This document shows, piece by piece, positions 25,214 to 37,627 of a stretch of DNA of 64,000 bases (the first letter of the stretch is position 1; every line of letters starts with the position of its first letter). The notes under the pieces are model-generated. The model was not told the origin of the DNA, ran no database searches, and was given only the letters and a program-made list of their open reading frames with translations. A program made the translations under genes and the position numbers. This DNA is from Camelus dromedarius (taxonomy: Eukaryota), in assembly GCF_036321535.1 (NCBI RefSeq), contig NC_087437.1, forward strand, positions 119,352,001-119,416,000, in the 5' to 3' direction.

Positions 25214-25809
25214 GTAAGGCTGCTCGTCCAAAGTCCACGTTCCCTGTCAGCTTGTTTCTGGCTCAGTTCCGTTGGCGCCGATGATTCAAATCATTGTGCT
25301 TCCTATGAGCTGGGTTGGGGGTCACTGACCCGGCTCAGCTGGGTAGGGTGACCAACCCTATCATTTTGCCTGGGACACAGGAGGCTCCTGAGAGGTGGGA
25401 ATTTGGGTGGGAAAACTGGAAAGTTTGGGCAAATTGGGGTAAATTGGTTACCCGCATTTTGGGGGCCCTGGTGGGGTACGGCATGAGGACCGGTTGGGGT
25501 GTGTGGTTGTGAAAAGGGCCAAGGAGAGCAGCAGCCGTGATGCGGGAGGAGTTGCTGGAGGGGCCACGTGCGCTGCGGAGCCCCGGCTCCCGCGGGTGTG
25601 AGTGTGTGACGTTGGTGCTCACTCTGCAGGTGTCTCTGCTCGGGCTCTGGAAGCATGTGTCTGCCCGGGGGGCCTTCCTCCCCGCGCTGAGACATACACT
25701 CCGTGTGCTGCTTCTCCCGATTTGGCGACCAAACCTCAGACTCATGCCTCAATCTTTTTTTTTTTTTTTTTTAATTTCCCCTTTAAAGAGCAGGGAAAGG
25801 GGGGAACTG

Positions 25810-26480
25810 GCTGTAATTTCTCCATTTTCCTTTCTTATTTTGTTTATCTGTGTCCTCTCTTTCCTTCTGGGTGAGCCCGGCCAGAGGGTGGTCAATTCTG
25901 TTTACTCTTTCAAAAAACCAGCTCTTGTTGTGATCGATTTTTACTGTTTTTTAATCTCTGTTTTATTCATTGCCTCCTGATCTTTTTGTTTCCTTCCTTC
26001 CGTTGCCCTCAGGCTTTGCTTGCGCTTCTTTTTCTAACTCTTTCATGTGGAGGGCTAGGCTGTTGGTGTGAGGTCCTGCTTGGTTTTTGAAGCCTGTACC
26101 TCTGAGAGCCTCCCTCTTAGGACTGCTTTTGCTGCGTCCTGTAGTTTTGTGTTGTTTTTTCATTGTCATTTGTCTCAAAGTGTTTTAATTTCTTCTTTGA
26201 GTTCATCACTGACCCACTGGTGTTTTAGACGCATGCTGTTTAGTCTCCATCCTGTCCTTTTTTTCTCATTTGTTTTTCTGTAGTTGATTTTTAGTTTCAT
26301 GGCATTGTGGTCAGAAAGATGCTTAAAATAATTTCTATCCTCTTAAATTTGTTGAGGCTTCTTCCATGCCTGAGTATGTGATCTACCCTAGAGAATGTTC
26401 CATGTGCACTGAAAAGAGTGTATTTTATGTTTTGGGGGATGTAATGTCCTAAAAATATTGACCAAGTCCAACTCCTCTGC
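25810..26480 (-). mobile_element. L1 ORF2 endonuclease-region fragment (disrupted)
   Basis: Peptide YTLFSAHGTFSRVDHIL...SLNKFKRIEII is L1 EN; frame is broken. Confidence 0.9.
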
Positions 26481-26595
26481 TGTGTCGTGTAGGGTCGCCG
26501 CTGCTTTGCGTGGGGGAAATTGGAAAATGCTGACAGGAAGGCACGTGACTCATGCTTACCGGATTGCAGCTGATTTGCATTGTCTTCTGTCTCAG

Positions 26596-26708
26596 ATGCC
26601 CGGGTCTTTGAAGTCACGGTGAGGATCCTAAACCACAATGTGACGGAGAGGCTGCTGGACCGCAGCAGCCCTGAGTACCGGAACTTCTCCCGACAGCTGC
26701 TGCACGAG
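26596..26708 (+). CDS. UMODL1: UMODL1 exon 8, SEA domain 1 N-half
   Basis: FEVTVRILNHN...LLDRSSPEYRNFSRQLLHE; acceptor tctcag, donor GAG|gtaaag. Confidence 0.95.
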
Positions 26709-27179
26709 GTAAAGCCAGGAGAGGAGCTTCCCCAGGGTCCAAGCCAGAAACCCGCGCCAGCCCGCCTGTGCCGCTGAGCGCCCTGTGCGCTTGTGGGACA
26801 AGCACCTGCCACCACGGTTGGGGAGGGGCCACGCCCAAATCCCACAGTGATTACTCAAAGTGCCCCCTTTTATGGGGTGCTTAATCTAGATCTGGGGCCA
26901 AACCACCCTTGATTCACATGGGCTGTGCCACTTGGTGGCTCAGCTGGGCTTTCTGTTGAACCGTCTGCCTGGGGGACCTGGGGCCTCTGCCCTCCTGCTC
27001 TGGGGCAGCTTCTTTAAGGATGCATTTACCAGTGATTCTGGCATCCATCCCTCCCTGGGGCTGGAGGGAGGTATCAGAACACAGCCTGGGAGAACCTGGA
27101 TGCTGAGCTGGAGTAAAAAGCGACTTGCTGAACTGTCCAGAACTGTGACCTTGCCCTTCCTGCAAGCTAGTAAGTTAGC

Positions 27180-27540
27180 CTGTGTCATGGATGCTGGCAG
27201 AGGACATGAGATGCCTGGGTCAGAGACAAAGGACTTCATCACTCACAGCCCCACAGGCACGAGCACAACTTTGGTGCCAGGTCCCTCGGGGGTGACACAG
27301 AGGGAACCAGGCAGGTGGCACACCTGCAGTGGACCAGTGTCACCGCCAAGGACCCGCAAGCCAACTTGCCTATGTGTGCTCCAGAAAGAGATGTGAACTT
27401 TATGACATCTGACAGTGAGCAGATCTGCCCTTGCTCTGGGCAGGGCCATTCTCTCTCTCCCAAGGCTGTTCATCATACAAGTGACTTGGAAAGATATTCT
27501 GGAGTAAGAGGGCAGTTAGGGCTTCTACCTACAAGATGTA
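27180..27540 (-). mobile_element. Old ERV LTR-like fragment
   Basis: gagatgcctgggtcagagacaaaggacttcatcactcacagc resembles an antisense LTR R/U5 end. Confidence 0.35.
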
Positions 27541-28139
27541 TGGACGTGGGAGAGAAGGGAGGGTCGCCCCTCAGTGTGCACCTGCAGGGGGAGTCATTTT
27601 TAGAACTTTCTTGGAGAATTCTCTCTCCTTTTTAGCAGGAGTTCGCCTGCGTGTGCAGGAGTGGTGTGGGAGGAAGGTGGGGCGAGGTTGGTGTCTCCCC
27701 TGCTCGGGCACAGATGGCCCTAAGGCCCTGGCTGTGCCTGGGTGCTGCCTGGGGGATACAGCCCAGTGAGGGGGAGCCGCTCCAAAGAGCCACAGGGCTG
27801 TCGCTCAGCAGCTCCTCCCCTCTTGGCCACTCAGTCTAGAGGTCAATCCCGCTGTCTGTCTGTCTCTCACAAATTACCTTCCTACCAGTTTCCGGAGCAC
27901 CCAGAGCGGGCTGTGCATGATGGGGCCCAGACTGCAGTGGTCTCTGAGTTCTCACAAAGGCAGACAGGCCCGGCCTCCAGTCCCAGGGGCGTGAGCTGGG
28001 GGGGCCTCCTGGCCATGAAGGGGACACATGGACTCTGGGCCCCTTTCATTGGTCTCACCTGGGGCCCCGCTAGACCATTTTGAAGATGCCGATGGGAGAG
28101 TCTGCTCCGTCTGAGCGTCTGTTGCCTCTTCTGGGCCAG

Positions 28140-28359
28140 GTTGAAAACTCCTTCCCGCCCGCGGTTTCCAACCTGTACAGAAGAGGGAAGCTGAGGGTAC
28201 AGATCGTGTCCCTCCAGGCCGGAAGCGTGGTCGTGAGGCTCAGACTCACGGCATGGGACCCCGAGTTCCCAGTGGATGTGTCCACGCTGGCCCCCATGCT
28301 TCCGCCACTGTGGGCAAGCGGCCTGTTCCGGATCGACCCGCGGGGGACACGTGTGCAAG
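28140..28359 (+). CDS. UMODL1: UMODL1 exon 9, SEA domain 1 C-half (contains GSVVV)
   Basis: VENSFPPAV...LQAGSVVVRL...TRVQ; acceptor gccag, donor AAG|gtgggt. Confidence 0.93.
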
Positions 28360-28837
28360 GTGGGTCCTCGTCCCCTCACCTGGGCGCCACCGCAATGCCC
28401 TCGAGTCCAGACAGTGTTGTTTCTGCTCAATGTTCACTTTATTCTGAAAGGTAGTTAAAGAAAATGAACCCTGAGCCCTGCCCCTGGGTTCCTCCACGGG
28501 GGCCCTCCGGCCACAGCCCCTGCCAGTGAGCCCGCCTGTGCCCCGCACCTCCTGGTTCCTGGTGGCAGAAGTGACCCCGTGGAGCCCGGGGAAGCTTATT
28601 CCCTTGGATGATGCTTCTGGGGCCGTGGGCCCAGAACCGAGGAGGGAACCGGGCTGGGGGGTCCCCAAGGGGCAGGAAGATGGGGAGCTCACTGTGTCTG
28701 CGTCCAAGTCCAAGCACCGCCTGGCTGCTGGACCTCGCACTGACACATGGATCTACTTCAGGAGACCGAACGTTCTGTAATTCTACTTGGAGTTGCCTTG
28801 AGGCAGGAAGTCACAGGTCAGCAGAAGAGTGGGGAGG

Positions 28838-28966
28838 GGACAGAGAGAGAGAGAGATGGAGGAGACGGTCAGAGATAAGACAGAGACGGAGACACCGAGA
28901 GACAGAGAGAGATGTGGGAGGAACAGAAGGGACGAGGGGAGGTGAGAGACAGAAACAGAGACAGAG
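28838..28966. repeat. GA/GACA-rich low-complexity repeat
   Basis: gacagagagagagagatggaggagac... Confidence 0.85.
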
Positions 28967-29489
28967 GCGGTGTGCTGTCATGTCGGGAAGGCTTTGCCGT
29001 CATACGCCGGGATGCAGTTCCTGCGCGCAGTGAGGGCACCACGGTCCCTACGTCAGAGAGCCTGTTTGGGGCCCAGTCTGTGGGATGGGCGTCCCTCTGA
29101 CCCCGCAGTGGAGCTGGGTCCCAGAGTGAGCCCTGCAGTGCCCTTTGAGCTCTGTCGTGTGTCGGCTTGCTGTCCCAACCGCCCCCGCCCCAACCCAACC
29201 CAGGGAAGGCCGTGGGAAAGTCACACCTGAAGTCAGTCACACCTGGGAAGCACCTGCCTGCGTAGCCTGGGGTCTCCCTGAGTGGCCCTCTGCACCTGGG
29301 TGGCCCTTCCTGCCTGGGCTCAGGGGCTAAGAGCCAGGCAGGCACCGGGCACCAAGTGGATGTGTCCTTGGTGTGCGCCCCCAGAGCCCACCTGAGACAG
29401 AGCTGAGCAGCCCTCAGGTGGCCCAGCCCAGCCCTCCAGCGATGCTTCCCAGCCAGGTCCCCGTGCACCTGGGCGTAGGTCAAACGATG

Positions 29490-29922
29490 CAGTATGCTGA
29501 GTGGTGGCCCCAAAAGACAGTGCACTCAGAACTTCAGATGTGACCGTACTTGGAAGAAAGGTCTTTGCAGATGAAATTAAGGTAAGGATCTGAAATCGTC
29601 CTGGATCAGGGTGGGCCCTAAATCCAGTGACAGTGTCCTTAGAAGGAACAGAAAAGGAGGAGACCCAGGGCCACTGGAGGAGGCACATGAAGACGGAGGC
29701 AGAGGCTGGAGGCATGCGGCCACAAGCCAAGGAAGCCCAGGGGCCACCAGAAGCTGGAAGAGGCAGGAAGGACTCCCCTGAGAGCCCCAGAGGGCACTGG
29801 GCCCTGCTGACAGTTTGATTTTGGACTCTGACCTCTAGAACTGGAGAGAGTGCATTCTGTTGCTTTAAGCCAACTTGACAGCATGTGACAGTTTGTCATG
29901 GCAGCCTCAGCAAACTTATACA
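29490..29922 (+). mobile_element. MaLR (MLT1-like) LTR, sense orientation
   Basis: gtctttgcagatgaaattaagg...ccagaagctggaagaggcaggaagga...tttgtcatggcagcctcagcaaacttataca. Confidence 0.8.
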
Positions 29923-32753
29923 AAGAAGAAGGGGTACCTTGCATTGCTAACATCCCAGGCTTCTCAGCAGATCGTTTTAAGCCTCCCCATGTAGTTCTAG
30001 AGGCGCCCTGGGAAGTTGGGAGCCCTGGGCAGGCTGTCACCACAGTGCCCTTGACAAGCAGGAGGCTGTTTGCTTCACATCTCGGAGCTGAGGGGCGTCT
30101 TGGGGAGCCCTCCCTGGGCCGGGGAGTTGTTCTTGCCCAGCCACGAGGCGGCAACCCCGCCCCGCTCCGAGTCCCCTGACCCGGTTCCCGCTGGCTTCTG
30201 ACACAGGAGCCCGAGAGCAGCCCCCAGGCTGCCGCCCCCACCTGGGGAGGCCGCGCAGGCCTGACCCGAGTGTGGGGAAGCCGTTCTCCCCGCACCTGCC
30301 CCCAACAGCCCCCAGCCCCGCAGCCTGGGGACTGGAGAAGCCCATCCGTTGCCCTTCTGCTCAAAGTCAACAAACCGCGGCACAGAAAACTCTCCTCTGC
30401 AGCCCCTATGGGAACGGTGCGGTCGCACCCCGAGCATTCTGGGTTAGCTGGGTGCTCTCGCCTCCCGCGGGTCGATGTATCCTAGCAGCGTGGGGGTCAC
30501 GATGCCCTGACCCATCTTCTCCCGGAGGTCAGTGCACCCGGGGTCACTGGGTGGCCCCGTGTCCTGCTCTTCCCTGAGGGGTGGGCCCTGTGCTGGAGGC
30601 CTGAGGCCGGGCAGCACCCCGGGGTCCAGTCCCATCCATGCTGCCCCAAGACAGGAGTCTTGACTCGGCAGGTACTTCATGGGCCGGGCGGGGGTCCCAG
30701 CTCTGACGCTCGCTCACCCTGGGCCCTGCACAAGGGCCTCCATGTGCTTATCCGGGAGGCAGGAAGGTTAGGACGCAGCCCACCTCGGGGGGGAATGACG
30801 TGATGCCCAGCACACGTCTGACGGCAGTTCCTCCTCCTCCAGGGGCTCCTCTCCCTCCTCCCACCCCGTCACTCTCCCTGGGTCTCCAACCCCTGCCTCT
30901 ACCCTTCCTTGAAATCTGCTCTGTAAGGGCCACCCCGCTCATCGGCTGTAAGCGCGCTGACCGGCTGGGCCTCCACTCTGTGGTCCCTTCGTGCCTCTGT
31001 GTCTGCTCAGACGCCAGCCAGACAAGCTCTAACCGCGGCCCCGTTCTGTGTGAGGCTCCCTGGGTCACCACAGCGGCGGGGGGCAGGCTCAGGACAGGCC
31101 GAACTGCTGCCCAAAGCTCCCCGCGGCCGCTGGCTCCCAACAGCACTTCAGACGCAGTGGCCCTTTCTGTGTCTCTGTGGGCGGCGGGAGAAGGGGTGTG
31201 AGCTGGGGAGCCTGGCCCCGGGGCTGTCACCGTCCACCTGGCCTGCTGGTGTGGCCTTTCTTAATCCAGATTGGGTGGCACTGCCTTTGGTCCAGCTTCT
31301 GTGGGTGGCGCCCTTAGAACCAGGTTCTCTGTGCCCATCTTCCTCCTTGAGACTCTGACGCCGGCCCCAGCAAGGGCCGAGGGCTCTGGCCAGGCTTCAC
31401 CTCCGAAGGCCGCCCAGGCCTCAGAGACAGCTTGGGGCCCCCTGAGGAGCCTGCCTTTGCAGGGAAGGCGCGGCCTGTCCTGGGTCCTCCACAACTCGTT
31501 CTGAGCTCTCACCTGTGCCAGGAGGTGCGGCTCTGCCACGGCTGCCCCGCTCCTCTGGGAGGTGGGCCACATCCTGTCCCAGACCCGCACCGGGCTCCTG
31601 CCTGTTTCGTTGTCTGATGGCCCAGGAGGTGCAGAGGCCACCTGGCAGCTCTCACGGTGCACAGACCTGCCTCTTCCTTCAGAATCAGAAAACCGTGTGG
31701 CCTCGGGCTTTGTTGCAAGACCAGATGGAGCTGCCTGCACCTTACTCAGCCTTGCTCCCGAGCCGTGTGCTGGGGGAGCGAAGGCCAGGGGAGCCACCAC
31801 CCCAAGATGGCCTCCTGGGGTTCTGCGGTTTGAGCCCAGGTCTCAACCGGGGCCTCCGCTCTTCTAGGGGCCCTGCTGTCTGGCCAGCCTGGCTCCAGCC
31901 CCATTAAGCAGCCTGCAGGTTGGAGGTCAGATTCCTTCCTAGGGCAGAGACGGGGATGGGGGTGGTGGTGACCTGGGGGAGCAGAAGTGGGAGAGGAGAG
32001 GCTGGGAGGAGGAGGAGGGATGGTCCTCCTGGTGAGTTTTGCCTCCATGTGGCCTAAAGCTGGTCCTGGCTGCTTGCTGATTGGCCACTGGGGGCTGGAT
32101 TGCATGATGAGAGGTCGAGCAAGGGAGAGAGGGCTTTGGGGGGCTGACAGGCAGGGGGGCTTCCTTCACAAACTTCCCTGCTCCAGTCAGAAGGCTCCGG
32201 CTTCCCAGGGCACAGCCCTCGGGCTCCGACAGTCGCCTCCCGGACTCAGGTGGGAGGAGTTGCAGGGCCGTTCCTCTCCGTGTCTCGGAAGGTTCATGTT
32301 CCACTAACTGGGCACCTCCTGGCTCCGCGATTTTTCTGTTTCTTTCTTGAGACACTAAGTGTTAGGGGATGTTGGCACATCAGAGAGAAGTGAAAGCACC
32401 CTGGGAGCAAAGAATGAGCAAAAGGGGACTGTGTTCACCCTTGTGGGTGCTAATGTCCCCAAAGGAACCGGCGCCCCATTTAACCCCTGCCCAGATCAGC
32501 CAGCCACGGAGGAGGTGGGCGCAGGAGGGTGCGCAGCCTGGCAGCTTGGTTCACATAGAGGCTTCCAGGGAGGGCTCTGGGCAGGGCCTCCCCCCGGGGG
32601 CTGGGCACCAAGGGCCTCCCTGAAGCCCCGCCGCGTCCCCCCAGCCGTTCGCTGCAAAGACAGTAGAACTCCGCTCCGTGGCCTGTCTGTTCTCTGGGCA
32701 GCTTCTGGCCACCTTCTCACCTGCCTGTGTCCTGTCTCCTTCCCGCCCGGCAG

Positions 32754-32891
32754 ACTGGGACGAGTGTGCGGACAGCCTGGAGCATGACTGCTCGCCGGCC
32801 GCCCAGTGCATCAACCTCGAGGGCTCGTACACCTGCCGGTGCCGGACGGCCGGGGATGCCAACCCCTCCAGACCGGGCCGGGCCTGCGAGG
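32754..32891 (+). CDS. UMODL1: UMODL1 exon 10, calcium-binding EGF domain 2
   Basis: DWDEC...CINLEGSYTCRC...ACE; acceptor ggcag, donor AGG|gtgcgc. Confidence 0.94.
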
Positions 32892-33965
32892 GTGCGCCCC
32901 CTGCCCCACACTCCCCACCCCCCGCTCTGGGCTGTGCCTCCTTCCCGGGGGCCTGGGGTGGAGCAGGGACAGCTTCTCCATCAAGCAGGGTGGGCACAGT
33001 GCCTGGGGTCCACCATACTGTTAGGGGTCCACGAGAATGATTTCATTTCTCTTAAAATCAAAAGAAAGAAATTTATATAATGACAGCAAACATCAATGAT
33101 GAACCCAGTCTTTATACCAGTATTTTACAGTATGATTTTTCATTATTTTTATGAATGAAAGGGTCTGAGAAAGTCATGACACAACCCAGGAGCGAGGTCC
33201 CTCCTGGGTGGCTGGAGCCTGAGGGTGGAAGAGCCCAGGTGAGATGGAGATGGTCTTGACATGGGGCCTGAGCCCCAGTCTTGGCATGCCTCGGCCCCAA
33301 GTTTTTTGGGGGGCCAGTTCTGACCGGCTGGCTGGGGCCACCTGGAGTGCTGAGTTGACAAACAGAGGGAGGTCCCATCCAGACTTAAAATGCTGTGATC
33401 GATTGGCAATGTCTGCTCTGGACACAGTGGGCAGCAGAGGCACTCAGCCACCTGCCTGCCCTGCCTGCTAAGGCCCTCTGTCTGGAGCAGCAGCACAGAG
33501 TGATTCCCTGGGGAGAGAGCCTCCGGTCCTTACCTGCCGCGCGCACTGTCCTGCCTCCTCAGAGCCACACAGCCTCCTTCTCCCGTCCACCCACGCCATG
33601 CCCAGCAAGCTGGTGAGAGTGGCCAGCACCAGGCCCCACACGGAGCACACACTTGGGGGAACTTTCCCGAAGGCCCAAGGGATCAGTCTGAGGCCTGCGA
33701 GAACCGAGCCCTGCATTGGTGTCTGGGGTCTGCAGCCGCCCCAGTGGGGCCCTGCTCTCAGGGTCGAGCGCCCTTGCTGACCACAGGGACAGGCCCCGTG
33801 GCCTTCCAAAGAGAGCGCTTGGGAGACTGCAAACACGGGCCCCGTGAAACGTTCTTAATCGCCCGCTGGGACAGGCTGTGTCCCCACACGGGGTGCACCT
33901 GTGGGGGGGTTGCTCTTGCTCACGTGGGCCAGATGCCCCTTCTGAGAGCGGCTGTGTCTTGGCAG

Positions 33966-34562
33966 GTGACGTGGTGAGCCCCACGGGGGCTGTGCTGACT
34001 CCAGTGACAGGGGAAACAGCCCCAGCTCCCAGCACAGAAGCGACAGCCCTTGGCCTGGAGACCCCTGCCCGGTCACACAGCCCCGCACACCCATGGGACA
34101 CCCCTGCGGTGGGCCAGGCCTGGACCCCAGGGCCCCCACCCAGGAGAGGGGTCAGTGGCACGGTCGGCTACGGTAGTAACAGCACCGGGCAAGGCGTGGA
34201 GGAGGAGGCCAGCACGGCCCTAGGCCTGGAGACGGGCCAGTGGACAGCCAGCAGGGTGGCCAACACTGCCTTCGCCCCCAGGGCTCCTGGGCCAACCCCC
34301 AGCTCCCTCCCCCGGGCCACAGACATCCTGCTGGACCCCCTTGGGGGGTTGCCTCCAAACTCCACTACCGAGCCGCCCTTTTGGCCCACTCCTACTGAAG
34401 GACCCACGGGCCACATTGAGTGGCATGCCAGCCTCCCCACGAGGGACACACTTGCAGCACCTCTGGACCCCACGTGGCCTCAGAACTCGGACCCTGGACC
34501 CTCCGGCTCCCCAGACCTGCCCTCAGCCCCAGCCCCTGCATCTCCGAAGATCCCGGCCTGCG
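33966..34562 (+). CDS. UMODL1: UMODL1 exon 11, Pro/Thr/Ser-rich mucin-like linker (199 codons)
   Basis: Lies inside the 291-aa ORF 33878..34753; acceptor ttggcag, donor GCG|gtgagt; phase 1-1 preserves the frame. Confidence 0.85.
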
Positions 34563-35690
34563 GTGAGTGGTTGGGATGTGCGTCCCAGAGGGACCAGTGC
34601 AGCCACGTGGTGTGTGTTTCCATTGGCAAAGCTCACACCGTCGTCTGGTTGAAGGCTGCTCTGCAGCTCGGAAGTGGAGCCCTCACCTCATGGCTGTGCA
34701 AACCCAGTGCGGAGCAGCCCCGGCCGGCAGCGGCCGGAGTCCAGTCTAGTTAGGACGGACCTGGGTCTCCCCGCTTTCCCTCCAACCCTGTCCTCCCCCT
34801 TCCGAAACCTCCCTGGTTGCCGGCGGTTGGAGCAGGAAGTCAGGCATGAGTTGCATTAAGCGCATTGAGCAGGTGGCCCCTCAGCAGTGTTGGGCCCCCA
34901 ACATTTCTGCACCTCCCTAGCAGTGCTGCACCCCCAGCCTGGTGCAGCCCCCAACATCTATAGCCCCCCTATCCAGGTATAGACCCCCAGGAGTGCCAAC
35001 CCGTACCCTGATGCAGCCCCCAGCAGTTCCAAATTACTCACTACTTTCAAGGTGTTTAGCCATCACCGAGACCCCTGGGTGATGTCCCAGGAGACAGGCA
35101 GCCTCTGTGCAGGAAAGGGCCTGGCCGTGCAGCCTCCGCCAAGAAGGCGGTGCTGGCATCCTTGTGTGAGAGCACTGAGCCAGCCTGACCCTGGGTTACA
35201 TCCAAATGGAACCAACTGTTAAGTGCAGCTCCATCGATGCATTTCCTCTGCTAAACAGTGCCAGATCCAAGACTAAACCCTTCAGCCTGTGTACACCACC
35301 CCGGCTCCCCTGTAGGAATGGTTGTAGCCAGATGGCCACCTGGCTGACTCCCCCCGACTCTGCCCAGGGCTCGAGGGGAACAACTGCTCTGGAGGAGCCC
35401 CTCAGAACCTGCTCAAGGAAACTTGGTTTCTCCAAGTCCCGGAACCTCAGGCTGGGAAACGGGGCAAAACTGAGGGGCGGGGGCCGTCCCCGGGAGCCCA
35501 GGGCTCAGGAGGCAGTCAGGGACTGTGCACCGGCCTGTGCAGCCAGCAGCCAGGGTACTTGACTCCCCTTGGGTCGGCGTCCCTGAGGACTCGTGTCCCC
35601 GAGCAGTGGGGTGAGGCTTCTCTTTGCCTGTGTCCTCAGAATGGATCCTTGAATTTATTTTAATCAGAGCGTTTATATTCTGTTTTCCAG

Positions 35691-35948
35691 CTCCCGTCCC
35701 CGTCGGCAGAGTCTCAGTCTCCAATGTGACCAGCACAGGCTTCCACGTGGCGTGGGCGGCAGATCTCACCCTGCACCGCACTTTCCAGCTCACCCTGATT
35801 TCTGCTCGGGGCCCTGCAGTGCACCTGGAGACCCAGAACGCAAGTCTGACTCTGTCCGACCTGGAGCCTGGCGTCTTGCACTTGGTTGAGATCGTGGCCA
35901 AAGCATGTGGGGAAGAAAGTTCCAGAGCCCACCTGAGAGTGAGGACAG
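35691..35948 (+). CDS. UMODL1: UMODL1 exon 12, fibronectin type III domain 2
   Basis: SNVTSTGFHVAW...SDLEPGVLHLV; acceptor ttttccag, donor CAG|gtaatg. Confidence 0.95.
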
Positions 35949-37627
35949 GTAATGGGCTTCAGATGCGCCATCACCACTGATTCTCAAAGGGAGGAGGAAA
36001 GGGCCCCGGTGGTTGGGTGTTTAGAGGAGCTGGACTTCTTCGTGGGCGTCTGGGTTTCCGCTTCCTTCTCCGCCTCGGAACATCGGGCTCAGTGTATGCT
36101 CAGCTGGTGTGTGAAGGCCACACTGCAGGTGGATCATTTCAGGGACCGGTGCTGGGCAGACTGTGGGCCATGAGGCTGTGTTGCAAAGCGTTCCAGACTC
36201 TGCAGAGGTTACAGATGCTCACCTGCGTCCTCACGGGTGCACGGCAGGGAAACTGTCACCCACGTGTTTTCCTGAATGTCTGACTTAGCTGAGCAGCCAG
36301 GGTGGACCTGATGTTGCAGAGAAGTCCTCCGAGCTTGGGCAGCTGTCCAAGAGTTGATAGCGGTGGTCTCCAAGGTGGGGTGCACACCCCAGGGAGATGC
36401 CTAAGATGACCTGTTAGGGTGCAGCTGGGAAAGTTTAGAGCTCTTGTTTGTACGCTTTGAAGTACAAATTAGCCGTGGACTGGGAAGTCAGAGCGGGGAA
36501 GGTGGGTGACGACGCCACACGTAAGCTGGTGGCGAGCTGGGGAAGGGGAGGTCACTGCTAGCCAGACAGGCAGGCAGGGCAGCCCCGGAGGAGTCTGGGA
36601 GCTGGTGCTGGGCGTTCAGTGCAGATCAGGCCTCTGAAGGTCTCACCCGCGCCTACAGGGCAGAGCTGCCCGTGAGCGTGTGACCCTGGCCTGAGACGGG
36701 TCCACATCTGCTCTCACCTGTGCACCTGGTGGGTTTCAGGTCAGGTCAGACACTAGTTGCTGGAGTCTGGACCGGTGGCTCCCAGGCGCAGTGAGAGCCA
36801 TGAACCTGAGGACATGGGGTTGGGGTTCACCCAGGAATGCATAATGGGGCGGCTTTGTGGTTTGTCTCACGTCTGGGCAGCAAGCTTCTGGGGGAGGGAC
36901 TCTCAGCCCCCGACAGGACAACCTGGTCCTCCTCCTGCGCTGCCCAGAACGCCCTGCGCGTGGCAGGTGCTTCGCAAATCCCTGGTGAGGCACTGAGCGG
37001 GACCGGAGACGGCGGCCCCACCGGAAGCCAGGACGCGGCCGGGCGATGCTCCCAGACCACGAACTCTCAGAAGCCCCACTGGAAGGGGGAAGATTCAGAT
37101 GGAACAGACCAGCGTGAAAGCAGGAGCTGCCCTTACCTGCAGAGAGGCAGGGCTACGGGGGAGGAGAGCCAGCTGCGGCAGGACCCCGGGGCGGTCTGTC
37201 GTGAGCAGGCACTCGGCAAGGCGATCCTACGCCATGCTGGCCCGCACTGCCGGCGCACGCCCGTGGCCCTGGCGCCGTCACCACAGAGGGCCTCCTTTCA
37301 CTCTCAGAGCTGCCCCGGCCGGCCGGTGGGTTACGTGGGCATCCCGTGCACAGGTAACCGCCCCGGCAGGCAGGACAGGGCTGCAGTGGCTGAGCTCCGT
37401 GGCCTCCAGAAGGCTCTCCCTCTGTGCCCAGGCTTTGTCCTGCCACCCCCTAGAGTCTGGTGGGCGGCGTCTGTGTGTCCCGGGTGCCGTTCCTTCTTTA
37501 CAGAGTGCAGGTCAGCCTCAGTGTGATGCTGCTCCTGGCCAACACAGAAACACTATTTTTAAGATAGAGCTGATAATCTGTTACCTGTTACGTACCCTTC
37601 CAAACATGTTTGTTCTCCGTCCTGCAG

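Noticed and set aside
26297..26845. Minus-strand 182-aa ORF with an endonuclease-like C-terminus
   Set aside because: Chance fusion of the antisense of exon 8 with a dead L1 ORF2 fragment; not a gene
25300..33900. Orthologue of a UMODL1 antisense lncRNA
   Set aside because: Human has such a transcript as I recall, but I cannot identify antisense exons or a promoter from sequence alone
33931..33965. Alternative in-frame acceptor 33 nt upstream of exon 11 (would add DAPSESGCVLA)
   Set aside because: Weaker pyrimidine context, would add an unpaired Cys, and has no independent support
36357..36425. Possible hAT/MER DNA-transposon end
   Set aside because: Too short and degraded to assign by eye
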